Shown: piece after piece, positions 48,884 to 56,170 of the stretch
Layout of the letters: each line of letters begins with the position of its first letter
Position numbering within the stretch: the first letter of the stretch is position 1
DNA from: Thermoproteota archaeon
GTDB lineage: Archaea > Korarchaeota > Korarchaeia > Korarchaeales > Korarchaeaceae
Direction of reading: 5' to 3'
DNA length: 56,170 bases
Assembly (NCBI GenBank): GCA_027491415.1
Contig: JAOZFH010000035.1
Coordinates: 1 to 56,170 of the forward strand
Notes under the pieces: model-generated
Database searches by the model: none
Told to the model about the DNA's origin: nothing
The model's input: only the letters and a program-made list of their open reading frames with translations
Made by a program: the position numbers and the translations under genes

Positions 48884-49369
48884 ATGGGGCCTATCCCCGT
48901 GAGGAGGCTCGCCGGGGCGCTGACCTTCTTGGCCGTAGCGCTGGCCCTGCCGTCGGGCTGGGAGGTTCGGGGGCCACTCGAGGGCCTGACACGCCTGGTC
49001 GGGGCCCTGATCACGTCAAGCCCGTTGGTGCTGGGGGCCTGCGTCCACAGGTCCCTCCCAGATAGGCACGACAGGCCCGACGACTTCGGCGGCCTGATTA
49101 CGGAGGGGCCCTACTCGGTCGTCAGGCATCCGTTCTACCTCACCACGATCTTGGCCTGGCTGGGGGCGGCCGTCTACTCGCTATCGACCGGCATTCTGCT
49201 GTTGGCGCTGACCTCAGGGCTCCTCTGGTCGCTGGCCGCCGCCCTGGAGGAGCGAGGACTCAGGAGGCGGTGGCCGTGTGAGTACGAGGAGTACTCGCGC
49301 CGCGTGCCCATGCTGATTCCCCTCCCGCGGCGCCGGGGGGCCGGGAGGAACTCCGACTCCCGGGGATAG
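48884..49369 (+). CDS. Isoprenylcysteine carboxyl methyltransferase/PEMT family protein
   Basis: LITEGPYSVVRHPFY, EE...EYEEYSRRVP. Confidence 0.85.
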   Translation: MGPIPVRRLAGALTFLAVALALPSGWEVRGPLEGLTRLVGALITSSPLVLGACVHRSLPDRHDRPDDFGGLITEGPYSVVRHPFYLTTILAWLGAAVYSLSTGILLLALTSGLLWSLAAALEERGLRRRWPCEYEEYSRRVPMLIPLPRRRGAGRNSDSRG

Positions 49370-49497
49370 GAGAGAGGTCCCCCGAGTCGCCTACCATCTA
49401 GGGGGGCGTCGCGCGACTGTGGGGGGCTGACTCGATGGGTCCGTGTATTGAAGGGGGTGTAGGTGCGGCCCTGGGTAGGTCCGGGGGAGAGTCGGGC

Positions 49498-50100
49498 TCA
49501 GGACATCCCAAGCCTGGCCTTGATGAGGGCGAGGTCCTCCTCTATCTTTCTGAGCCTCTCATCCAAGAGAGAATTCAGGTCCAGCCTCAGCCGATCGAAG
49601 CCCTCCTTGATCTCCTTCTTCAGCTCCTCCTTCGCCGACCGAACCTCGGTGACGAGGAGGTCCTGCTTACCCAGCACCTGATCCATCTTGCCGAGCATTA
49701 GATCCTGCTTCTCGAGCATCCGGTCTTGCTTCTCCAGCATGAGGTCCTGCTTCTCGAGGAGCTGATCCTGCTTCTCGAGCATCTGAACCCCGGCCTGCAC
49801 TATCTTGACGAGCTGCTCCAGGCTGAAGACCCTGTAGAACGACTCCACGTCGGGCACGGGCCCCGGGTGCTCGGCCACCTCGACGGACCGCACCTCTGCA
49901 ACGGGGGGCCTCTCCTCCATGGCCATCCCAACGAACTCCTCCAACGCCGCCTCAGGCCCGTCCGCCAGAACCTCGAGGGCTCCGTTGAGGTTCCTGGCGT
50001 AGAACCCGGTGAGACCGAGCGCTGTGGCGCGCTGGAAGAGGAAGAGCCTGTAGCCAACCTCGGTGACCCTCGGCCCCCTGATCAGCAGCCGCCTGGCCAT
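49498..50100 (-). CDS. Acylphosphatase-like domain fused to a heptad coiled coil
   Basis: GPRVTEVGYR...GLTGFYARN; (EKQDxxL)n repeats. Confidence 0.8.
   Translation of the reverse strand: MARRLLIRGPRVTEVGYRLFLFQRATALGLTGFYARNLNGALEVLADGPEAALEEFVGMAMEERPPVAEVRSVEVAEHPGPVPDVESFYRVFSLEQLVKIVQAGVQMLEKQDQLLEKQDLMLEKQDRMLEKQDLMLGKMDQVLGKQDLLVTEVRSAKEELKKEIKEGFDRLRLDLNSLLDERLRKIEEDLALIKARLGMS
49661..49782 (-). repeat. About six imperfect 21-nt tandem repeats coding EKQDxML
   Basis: TCCTGCTTCTCGAGCA-like units recurring every 21 nt. Confidence 0.8.
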
Positions 50101-50389
50101 TCACCGTAACCCGTCCCGAGCGCTATTAAGCGTGGTGAGACGGGAAGCTTTCTCCGACCCCCGGGGACTCGACGATGGACTGACCAATGCGCGCCGGGGG
50201 CGGGTCCCGTGGAGGGCGGGGCAGACAGGACCCGAGGCGGGGGACGAGGTCCTGAACTCCGCACAGGCGGCGAGGGTAGAGGGTCGGCCACCCCTTGAGG
50301 GAGCTGGCGGCTGGCGGGTTGAGAGGGTGGGGTCGCCGCGGGGGGCTCTACCCCGGCCTTGTGCTCCCCGCCCCCCTGAGAGAGGTCTC

Positions 50390-50981
50390 CATGAGCTCTC
50401 AGGCAGCACGACGCACCTCTCCACCGTCTCCCGATCGGTCATGCGTCTCGAGTAGTCGGCCCTCTTCCTGGCCCCGTACGGCTCGAGCAGACCGGCGGCC
50501 TCGGCCTCCAACCCGGGGTTGTCACGGCGTTGGCCAGCTTGTCGTCCCTCCTCGGCACCCTCCTGGCCGGTCGAGACGAGGAGGAGTTCCGCGGCCATCC
50601 TGGCCGACATGTAGGCGGCGCTGACGGCCTTGCCGTAGCACCGACCTCCAAGTCGATCCTGGCCTGGATCAGCAGGTGTCTAACCTCGTCGAAGCTCAAC
50701 CTCGCCCTCCTCCACGGTCATGAGCTCAGCCCCTCGACTCCGAGCCTCCTCTGGGCATCCAGGGCGGCCCGGGCGACCAGCCTGAGGGCCTCGGCGTCCA
50801 CCCTGTCCACGAAGACGAAGACGTTGCCGTCGTACAGCAGGTCGTCGGGCGAGCTCCTGGCGACAACCCTCCTGAGCCTCCGGCCGAGCCTCCTCTGGAG
50901 TTCAGCCCGGAACTCCCTGACCAGCTCGAGCCAGGGGGGCCCGGCGGTGAGGTCCACCAGGTACGACACTCCCACATGCAC
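50390..50981 (-). pseudogene. Decayed MNT-HEPN toxin-antitoxin pair
   Basis: MNT-like fragment ELQRRLGRRLRRVVARS; HEPN fragments split over three frames (ARIDLEV / CYGKAVSAAYMSARMAAE...ARKRADY / RDDKLANA). Confidence 0.65.
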
Positions 50982-51075
50982 AGACGCCCGGGGGCCCGAA
51001 GGCCCTCCGCGGGAGGTCGACGAGGGCGTGAGGTAGAGGGGAGGGCGGCCCCGGGGCCCTCCGTCCGGCCCCCGG

Positions 51076-51423
51076 TCAGGCCAGGCCGATCGCGTGGGCC
51101 AGCGCCAGCCAGGCGAGCCAGACTGCCACCGCGATTGAGCCGACTCTGACGCCCACCACCGGGGTCCGCCACCAGGCGTCTCTCCTCCCGGCCGCCCTGG
51201 CCAGCGCCCTCGGGTAGTAGATCAGGAAGCCCCCCAGGCCCAGGGTGAGGGCGGCGAACAGCAGGCTCGGGGGCGAGGTCGCCGAGCCGGGCGGCCAGGG
51301 CTCCGACCCGAGGAGGGCCCTGAGGGCCGGAGCCACGGCGTACTTCACGTACAGGGCGCACGCCAGGAGGTAGAAGTACAGGGGAGGGACGAGCCTCGGA
51401 AGGGACCTCGTCGACCGGCTCAT
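51076..51423 (-). CDS. Small 3-TM membrane protein, candidate immunity protein
   Basis: Three hydrophobic helices; starts 7 nt after the stop of the Cys-rich gene. Confidence 0.6.
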   Translation of the reverse strand: MSRSTRSLPRLVPPLYFYLLACALYVKYAVAPALRALLGSEPWPPGSATSPPSLLFAALTLGLGGFLIYYPRALARAAGRRDAWWRTPVVGVRVGSIAVAVWLAWLALAHAIGLA

Positions 51424-51430
51424 CTCTGCT

Positions 51431-52381
51431 TCACCCGTAAGGGGGTTCCTTAAAGCACTTCTTCCCCCAGCGCTCACAGCACCTCCCGATGGTTGAGTAG
51501 GCGCACCAGACCAGTATACATGCGATGCAAGCCGACGTGCTTATTGCACATGGAATAGCGCAGTACGCCGCCTGTGCACACTCTCTCAGGACGCAGGTCC
51601 AGCTTATGTCGCAGCAGTACCAGCTGCAGTAATAATTGAGGGGGCATTCGGAGTCATATCGGCAGTAGATGCCGCAGCCGCCTAGGATGCTGACTCCTTC
51701 GCCCTCGGAAGAGAAGGCCTTGAGAACAAGCTTGTCGCCACGTATCTCCCAGAGAAAGGCGTCTTCCTTAACATCGCCGTCGTCGAACTCGAACCTCCTG
51801 GCCAAGACCACATGTCTCTCGTCTACGGGGATTCCTACGGCGGTGAGCTTCGCGGGCTCTCCATTAACCATGACTATGTGCTCGCCAGCCGACACTCCCT
51901 CTGCAGGCACTTTAACTCCTAGCCCGGTCTTGCCAAGGAGCGACCTTACGAATTCCCTCTTAACTATCTTCTCCGCGAAATCCCTCGCCAGATCCTCGTC
52001 CAACCTCCTAGAATCCAACACCTCGAGTCTCTTGACCTCCGCCACCCGGGGAACAGCCATCGCCTTGACGACCCTCCCGAGTCCCAGCTGTGCGAGGGTC
52101 GCCACGATGAGGAACTTGAATCCCATTGATAGGAATTCTCTGCGCTTCAGGCCGCCCCCCTCAAACTCCACGGCCGATCGTTCACACTCACAACACTCTC
52201 TCGTGGCCTTGTAGGCGAGGAGCACGAGTGCTGGCAGGAACGCTGCCTCAAGCAGGATCAAAGCTCTCTCTAGGAGGGGACTAATTTGGCTCAAGTGTAG
52301 ACTTATTACGATTAATCCATTTAACAGGGAGGCGGCTCCAAGCAGTCCCAGCAGGGATGCGGGATGTCTTGCACTTGGCAT
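51431..52381 (-). CDS. Halocin C8-like protein: TMs, twin-arginine motif and 16-Cys C-terminal domain
   Basis: KRREFL Tat-like motif; SILGG followed by CGIYC...CC...CIACILVWC...CCERWGKKC. Confidence 0.65.
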   Translation of the reverse strand: MPSARHPASLLGLLGAASLLNGLIVISLHLSQISPLLERALILLEAAFLPALVLLAYKATRECCECERSAVEFEGGGLKRREFLSMGFKFLIVATLAQLGLGRVVKAMAVPRVAEVKRLEVLDSRRLDEDLARDFAEKIVKREFVRSLLGKTGLGVKVPAEGVSAGEHIVMVNGEPAKLTAVGIPVDERHVVLARRFEFDDGDVKEDAFLWEIRGDKLVLKAFSSEGEGVSILGGCGIYCRYDSECPLNYYCSWYCCDISWTCVLRECAQAAYCAIPCAISTSACIACILVWCAYSTIGRCCERWGKKCFKEPPYG

Positions 52382-52591
52382 AGAATATCACCTGCATTCC
52401 TATGGTAAAGATTAGTTATTTGCTGAAAAGCAAAGATTATTTAAGTCTATACCTTAAAATTTTCATACCAGACTACCCTAGTGAAAAGTCTAGCTGCGGC
52501 CGAATTGGGGCCGCCTCCTGCCGGGCGTCTAGCTGGCTGAGTTTGAGTTGGTGGAAGGTATCACAGGTGAGTGTGTTTATGGAGCCTTGGG

Positions 52592-52651
52592 CTCTCAACC
52601 CGGCCGTCGTGCTACTTCCAACCCTGCAGTAAGAAGCGGCCAATCTGCGGA
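52592..52651 (-). repeat. Orphan degenerate CRISPR repeat plus a partial second repeat
   Basis: 52615-52648 matches the array repeat at 31/34 nt; 52592-52606 matches its first 15 nt at 13/15. Confidence 0.85.
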
Positions 52652-52813
52652 GCTGAGAAAGGAGGCCCAGAAGCTCCTGAGCGAACATACCCAGACTGCG
52701 GAGTTCTCAGGGCAGGGGCGTGGAGATACGGCGAGGGAACCCGATCATGGCGTGACGGACGGGCCCGGGGAGAGAGTATACCGTTTAGAAATCCCAATTT
52801 GGTATACCGCCCG

Positions 52814-53041
52814 ATGTCGGAGGTCGTCAGCTTCAAGGTGCCGCAAGAAGTGAGGAGGAAGATGAGGGAGTACGCGGACAGGGTTAGGTGGAGCGAGGAG
52901 CTCAGGAGCTGCGTGATCAGGAGGATAGAGGAGATAGAGAGGGAGGAGAACCTCAGGAGGGTCGTCGAGCTCATCGAGTCGACGGCCAGCGTGCCCAGGG
53001 GCTTCTCAACCGCCAGCGTGAGGGAGGACAGGGGCTCTTGA
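52814..53041 (+). CDS. RHH-type VapB antitoxin
   Basis: MSEVVSFKVPQEVRRKM...VRWSEELR...SVREDR; overlaps the toxin start. Confidence 0.8.
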   Translation: MSEVVSFKVPQEVRRKMREYADRVRWSEELRSCVIRRIEEIEREENLRRVVELIESTASVPRGFSTASVREDRGS

Positions 53042-53450
53042 GCGCGGTCGACGCGTCGATAGTGGCCAGGTTCGTCCTCGGGGAGGAGGGCTGGAGGTCC
53101 CCTGCGGATCACCTGAGGAGCGCCGTGACCGTCGACCACGTCGTGAAGGAGACCGCCAACTCGGTGTGGAAGGCCCTGCGAAGGGGGCTGATTGGGGAGT
53201 CAGATGCCGAGAGGAAGTTTCAGGCCTTAACGGCCCTGTCGAGAAGAACCTGAGCCTCGTAGACGAGCTGGAGCTCCTGCCCGAGGCGTTCAGGCTGGCG
53301 ATCGAGGAGGGCATCACGGTTTACGACGCGGTGTACGTGGAACTCGCCAGGAGGAAGGGGGTGCCCCTCGTGACCGGAGACTCCTCTCAGGCGGAGGCCG
53401 CCGGGAGGGCCGGTGTGGAGGCCCTGTGCTGTGATGCGGGTATCCCCTAG
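53038..53450 (+). pseudogene. VapC PIN toxin, frameshifted near 53237
   Basis: VDASIV...KETANSVWK in one frame; ITVYDAVYVELA...LVTGD in another. Confidence 0.8.
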
Positions 53451-53852
53451 CTCAGCCTCCGCGCTCGATCCCAACCTGCCCGGCGACCGCGTCCACGAAT
53501 CCGACCGCCTCCAGCGGTCTCCCCGCGCGCGAAGGGCGAGGGCCGCGGGCCTCACGGCTCGAACCTCCGGTCGGTTGAGCCCACTTCCTCAGATATACCC
53601 TGTGGTTACGAGCCGAGCCCTCTCGGCGACTCACTCGACGAAGCGGCTGAGGGCGAGAGTCCGGCGGGCTCTGGACCTCCCGAAGGCCCTCGCGCCGGCA
53701 CCCGAGGCGCGGCCGTCCGGCGACCGATCCCGAGGAGGCCGCGGGGGTCGCGACCACGCGCGGGCGGCGGCGGACCTCCCCCGCCCTCGCCAGCGGACTG
53801 ATCTCAGAAAATTTTTAAGTCTGGGAATTTTCCAAATTCTGGGTAGCGGGTA

Positions 53853-54098
53853 TTGTCTGAGGTCAAGGTCAGGATCACCAAGAAGTTCACCCTGTACATC
53901 CCCAGGTCGATAGCCGGGGCCGCGGGCCTCAGGGAGGGGGACTACGTGAGGATGAGGGTCGAGGGCTCCAAGGTAATCCTGGAGCGGGTGCCCGATCCCT
54001 TCGAGCTGGCCCTGAAGGGGCCTAAGTTCGCCAGGATCACGTTTGAGGAATTCGAGAGGGAGTCCGAGGAGATGCAGGATGCGCTCTTCGGCGATTAG
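53853..54098 (+). CDS. AbrB/MazE/SpoVT antitoxin
   Basis: KKFTLYIPRSI...GLREGDYVRMRVEGSKVIL. Confidence 0.9.
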   Translation: MSEVKVRITKKFTLYIPRSIAGAAGLREGDYVRMRVEGSKVILERVPDPFELALKGPKFARITFEEFERESEEMQDALFGD

Positions 54099-54540
54099 GA
54101 TACTCCTGGACTCGACCTACCTGCTGCCCATCTTGGGAGTCGACGTGGAGGGCGTCGACGAGGCCCTGAGGGTGCTGAAAGGGCTCAGATCCGGCAGGAG
54201 GGCGGAGTTCTATTACACGGAGTTCAACCTGATCGAGGTGCTGGGAAAGATAGGCAGGACCGACTACGACCGGGGCAGGGTGCTCGCGGGCCTCAACTCC
54301 ATCGAGGAGGAGTTCAGGCTCACCCGCCCAACGGTCGAGGGGTACCTGAGGGCCCTGGCCCTCAGGAGGGTCGGCTTCAGAGATCTCATAGATCTGCTCC
54401 TCTACGCCACATCCCTGACGAGGGACCTCCTGTTCCTGACGAGGGACGACCACCTGATCGAGTTCCTGGAGGGGCGGGGCGAGGACACCCGGAGGGTGCT
54501 CCACGAGAGGTCCCTGATAGAGGAGTACGGGGGAGGGTAG
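54079..54540 (+). CDS. VapC PIN-domain toxin
   Basis: ILLDSTYLLP, NLIE, DLIDLLLYATS and FLTRD motifs. Confidence 0.88.
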   Translation: MRSSAIRILLDSTYLLPILGVDVEGVDEALRVLKGLRSGRRAEFYYTEFNLIEVLGKIGRTDYDRGRVLAGLNSIEEEFRLTRPTVEGYLRALALRRVGFRDLIDLLLYATSLTRDLLFLTRDDHLIEFLEGRGEDTRRVLHERSLIEEYGGG

Positions 54541-54616
54541 GCTCTGGCTGGATTGGAGTGGAGTGCCGTTGAGGGGCATCAAGCCCGTCTCCGTCACGTG
54601 CTGATCCCCGGATATC

Positions 54617-56157
54617 CTCTCAGCCCTGCCGCTTCTTGCGGCAAATCTGCTTCGCCCCCTGTGGTGGAAGTCAATGTCTGTGCCATCAACCTCTTTCAAC
54701 CCTGCCGCAAGAAGCGGCTGATCTGCTTCCCCGGGCTGGAGCCAGCTCGCGCGCTCGAGGTCGCTTTCTTTCAACCCTGCCGCAAGAAGCGGCTGATCTG
54801 CTTCAACGAGGATCTCGCTAGGCTGAAGGCCCTGATAGTCTTTCAACCCTGCCGCAAGAAGCGGCTGATCTGCTTCTGGCGGGTCAGGGAGAGGAGGCAG
54901 GATCTGGAGCTGTACTTTCAACCCTGCCGCAAGAAGCGGCTGATCTGCTTCACGACGTGGCCGAGAAGGTTTCAGGAGCCCCGCCCCCATCCTTTCAACC
55001 CTGCCGCAAGAAGCGGCCAATCTGCTTCGATACGACATAGGTGGAATATTCACGTCAATTCGAGCTTTCAACCCTGCCGCAAGAAGCGGCCAATCTGCTT
55101 CTCGGGCACGCCCAAGCCCGAGGAGGTGGAGTACTTCGACTTTCAACCCTGCCGCAAGAAGCGGCCAATCTGCTTCTGGCCGAGGACCTGGTCGTGGTCG
55201 AGAGGGCGGTTCTCTTTCAACCCTGCCGCAAGAAGCGGCCAATCTGCTTCTTAAGAAGGCCACCGTGACAGAGACGAGAACAACAACTCTTTCAACCCTG
55301 CCGCAAGAAGCGGCCAATCTGCTTCCGGGTTCTGCCCCGAGGAGAACCACCTCCTGACCCAGTACTTTCAACCCTGCCGCAAGAAGCGGCCAATCTGCTT
55401 CTTCGACGCCCCCGACTACCAGGGCAACCTGAGGGCCTGCTTTCAACCCTGCCGCAAGAAGCGGCCAATCTGCTTCGGAGCTTGAGGCCGAGCTTGAGGG
55501 CGCGGTAAACCGGATAACTTTCAACCCTGCCGCAAGAAGCGGCCAATCTGCTTCCTCTTGGCCGCCAGGTCGTCCCTGACCGCCATCCAGTCTTTCAACC
55601 CTGCCGCAAGAAGCGGCCAATCTGCTTCCAAGCATCCGCTTTGAGGAGTTCGAGTTCTTGACTATGACTTTCAACCCTGCCGCAAGAAGCGGCCAATCTG
55701 CTTCTCAAATTTTGGCGATTCAGGCCGATTTCTTCATAGTCACTTTCAACCCTGCCGCAAGAAGCGGCCAATCTGCTTCGTCAGCACTCTGGCGGCCAAG
55801 AAGGACCTGCCCCTCTCCTTTCAACCCTGCCGCAAGAAGCGGCCAATCTGCTTCCAATGTTGTCTAAGTTAGCTATTATTTCATTCCAAACATTCTTTCA
55901 ACCCTGCCGCAAGAAGCGGCCAATCTGCTTCATGGGAACGCCGAGGCTGTGCAGCGCCGGGGTCGGTCGGCTTTCAACCCTGCCGCAAGAAGCGGCCAAT
56001 CTGCTTCCTCGGCCACCCCGGCCCTGGCGACTCATGCGTTACCACCCTTTCAACCCTGCCGCAAGAAGCGGCCAATCTGCTTCAGGGCTTACATCGGCTG
56101 GCTGGAGACCTACAAGCTAACTTTCAACCCTGCCGCAAGAAGCGGCCAATCTGCTTC
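54617..56157 (-). CRISPR. CRISPR array: 21 repeats (1 degenerate terminal), 20 spacers of 35-41 nt; may continue past the window edge
   Basis: 37-nt repeat CTTTCAACCCTGCCGCAAGAAGCGGCCAATCTGCTTC on +; the reverse complement ends GTTGAAAG. Variant and degenerate repeats at the left mark the trailer end. Confidence 0.98.
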
Positions 56158-56170
56158 ACCGAAAGCAAAA

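Noticed and set aside
52579-52632. 17-aa ORF MEPWALNPAVVLLPTLQ with SD-like AGGTGAG
   Set aside because: It mostly overlaps the CRISPR repeat remnant and has no independent support.
55629-55667. Spacer resembling the abrB gene near 54031-54056 (about 20/26 nt)
   Set aside because: The match is short and covers only part of the spacer, and is expected by chance. It is not evidence of self-targeting.
54037-55674. 545-aa minus-strand ORF and other ORFs with repeated EADWPLLAAGLK or FQPCRKKR
   Set aside because: These are translations of CRISPR repeats.

Overview
A GC-rich archaeal window. Archaeal markers include egsA, ABCE1, a BHB-intron tRNA-Tyr, a DUF1512-type protein and a KaiC/V4R module. 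The organism is probably a thermophilic TACK-type archaeon, but this lineage is inferred, not shown. Positions 1-29.95 kb are mostly housekeeping: gltX (partial), an atypical hisD, an RNase HIII-like gene, ABC transporter, uppP, HAD hydrolases, Trm112, tRNA-Tyr, a KaiC signalling module, DHH, ribL, metG, egsA, ABCE1, iorAB, acdA, PUA and tRNA-Asp. After tRNA-Asp the region is accessory: MFS transporters, a two-barrel surface glycoside hydrolase, a GlpA-like oxidoreductase operon, several toxin-antitoxin modules (some decayed), a halocin-C8-like Cys-rich protein and a CRISPR array running off the right edge with no cas genes in view. The most striking feature is a probable archaeal RiPP gene cluster at 41.8-46.9 kb. 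It has two tandem paralogous 38/39-aa precursor peptides that share CxxCCLxxGGGTLI; the first is absent from the ORF track. Each has the same upstream motif exactly 70 nt before its ATG. They are followed by a PqqD/RRE-radical SAM-SPASM maturase, an ABC exporter and two HTH regulators. All calls come from reading motifs by eye; no database searches were run.
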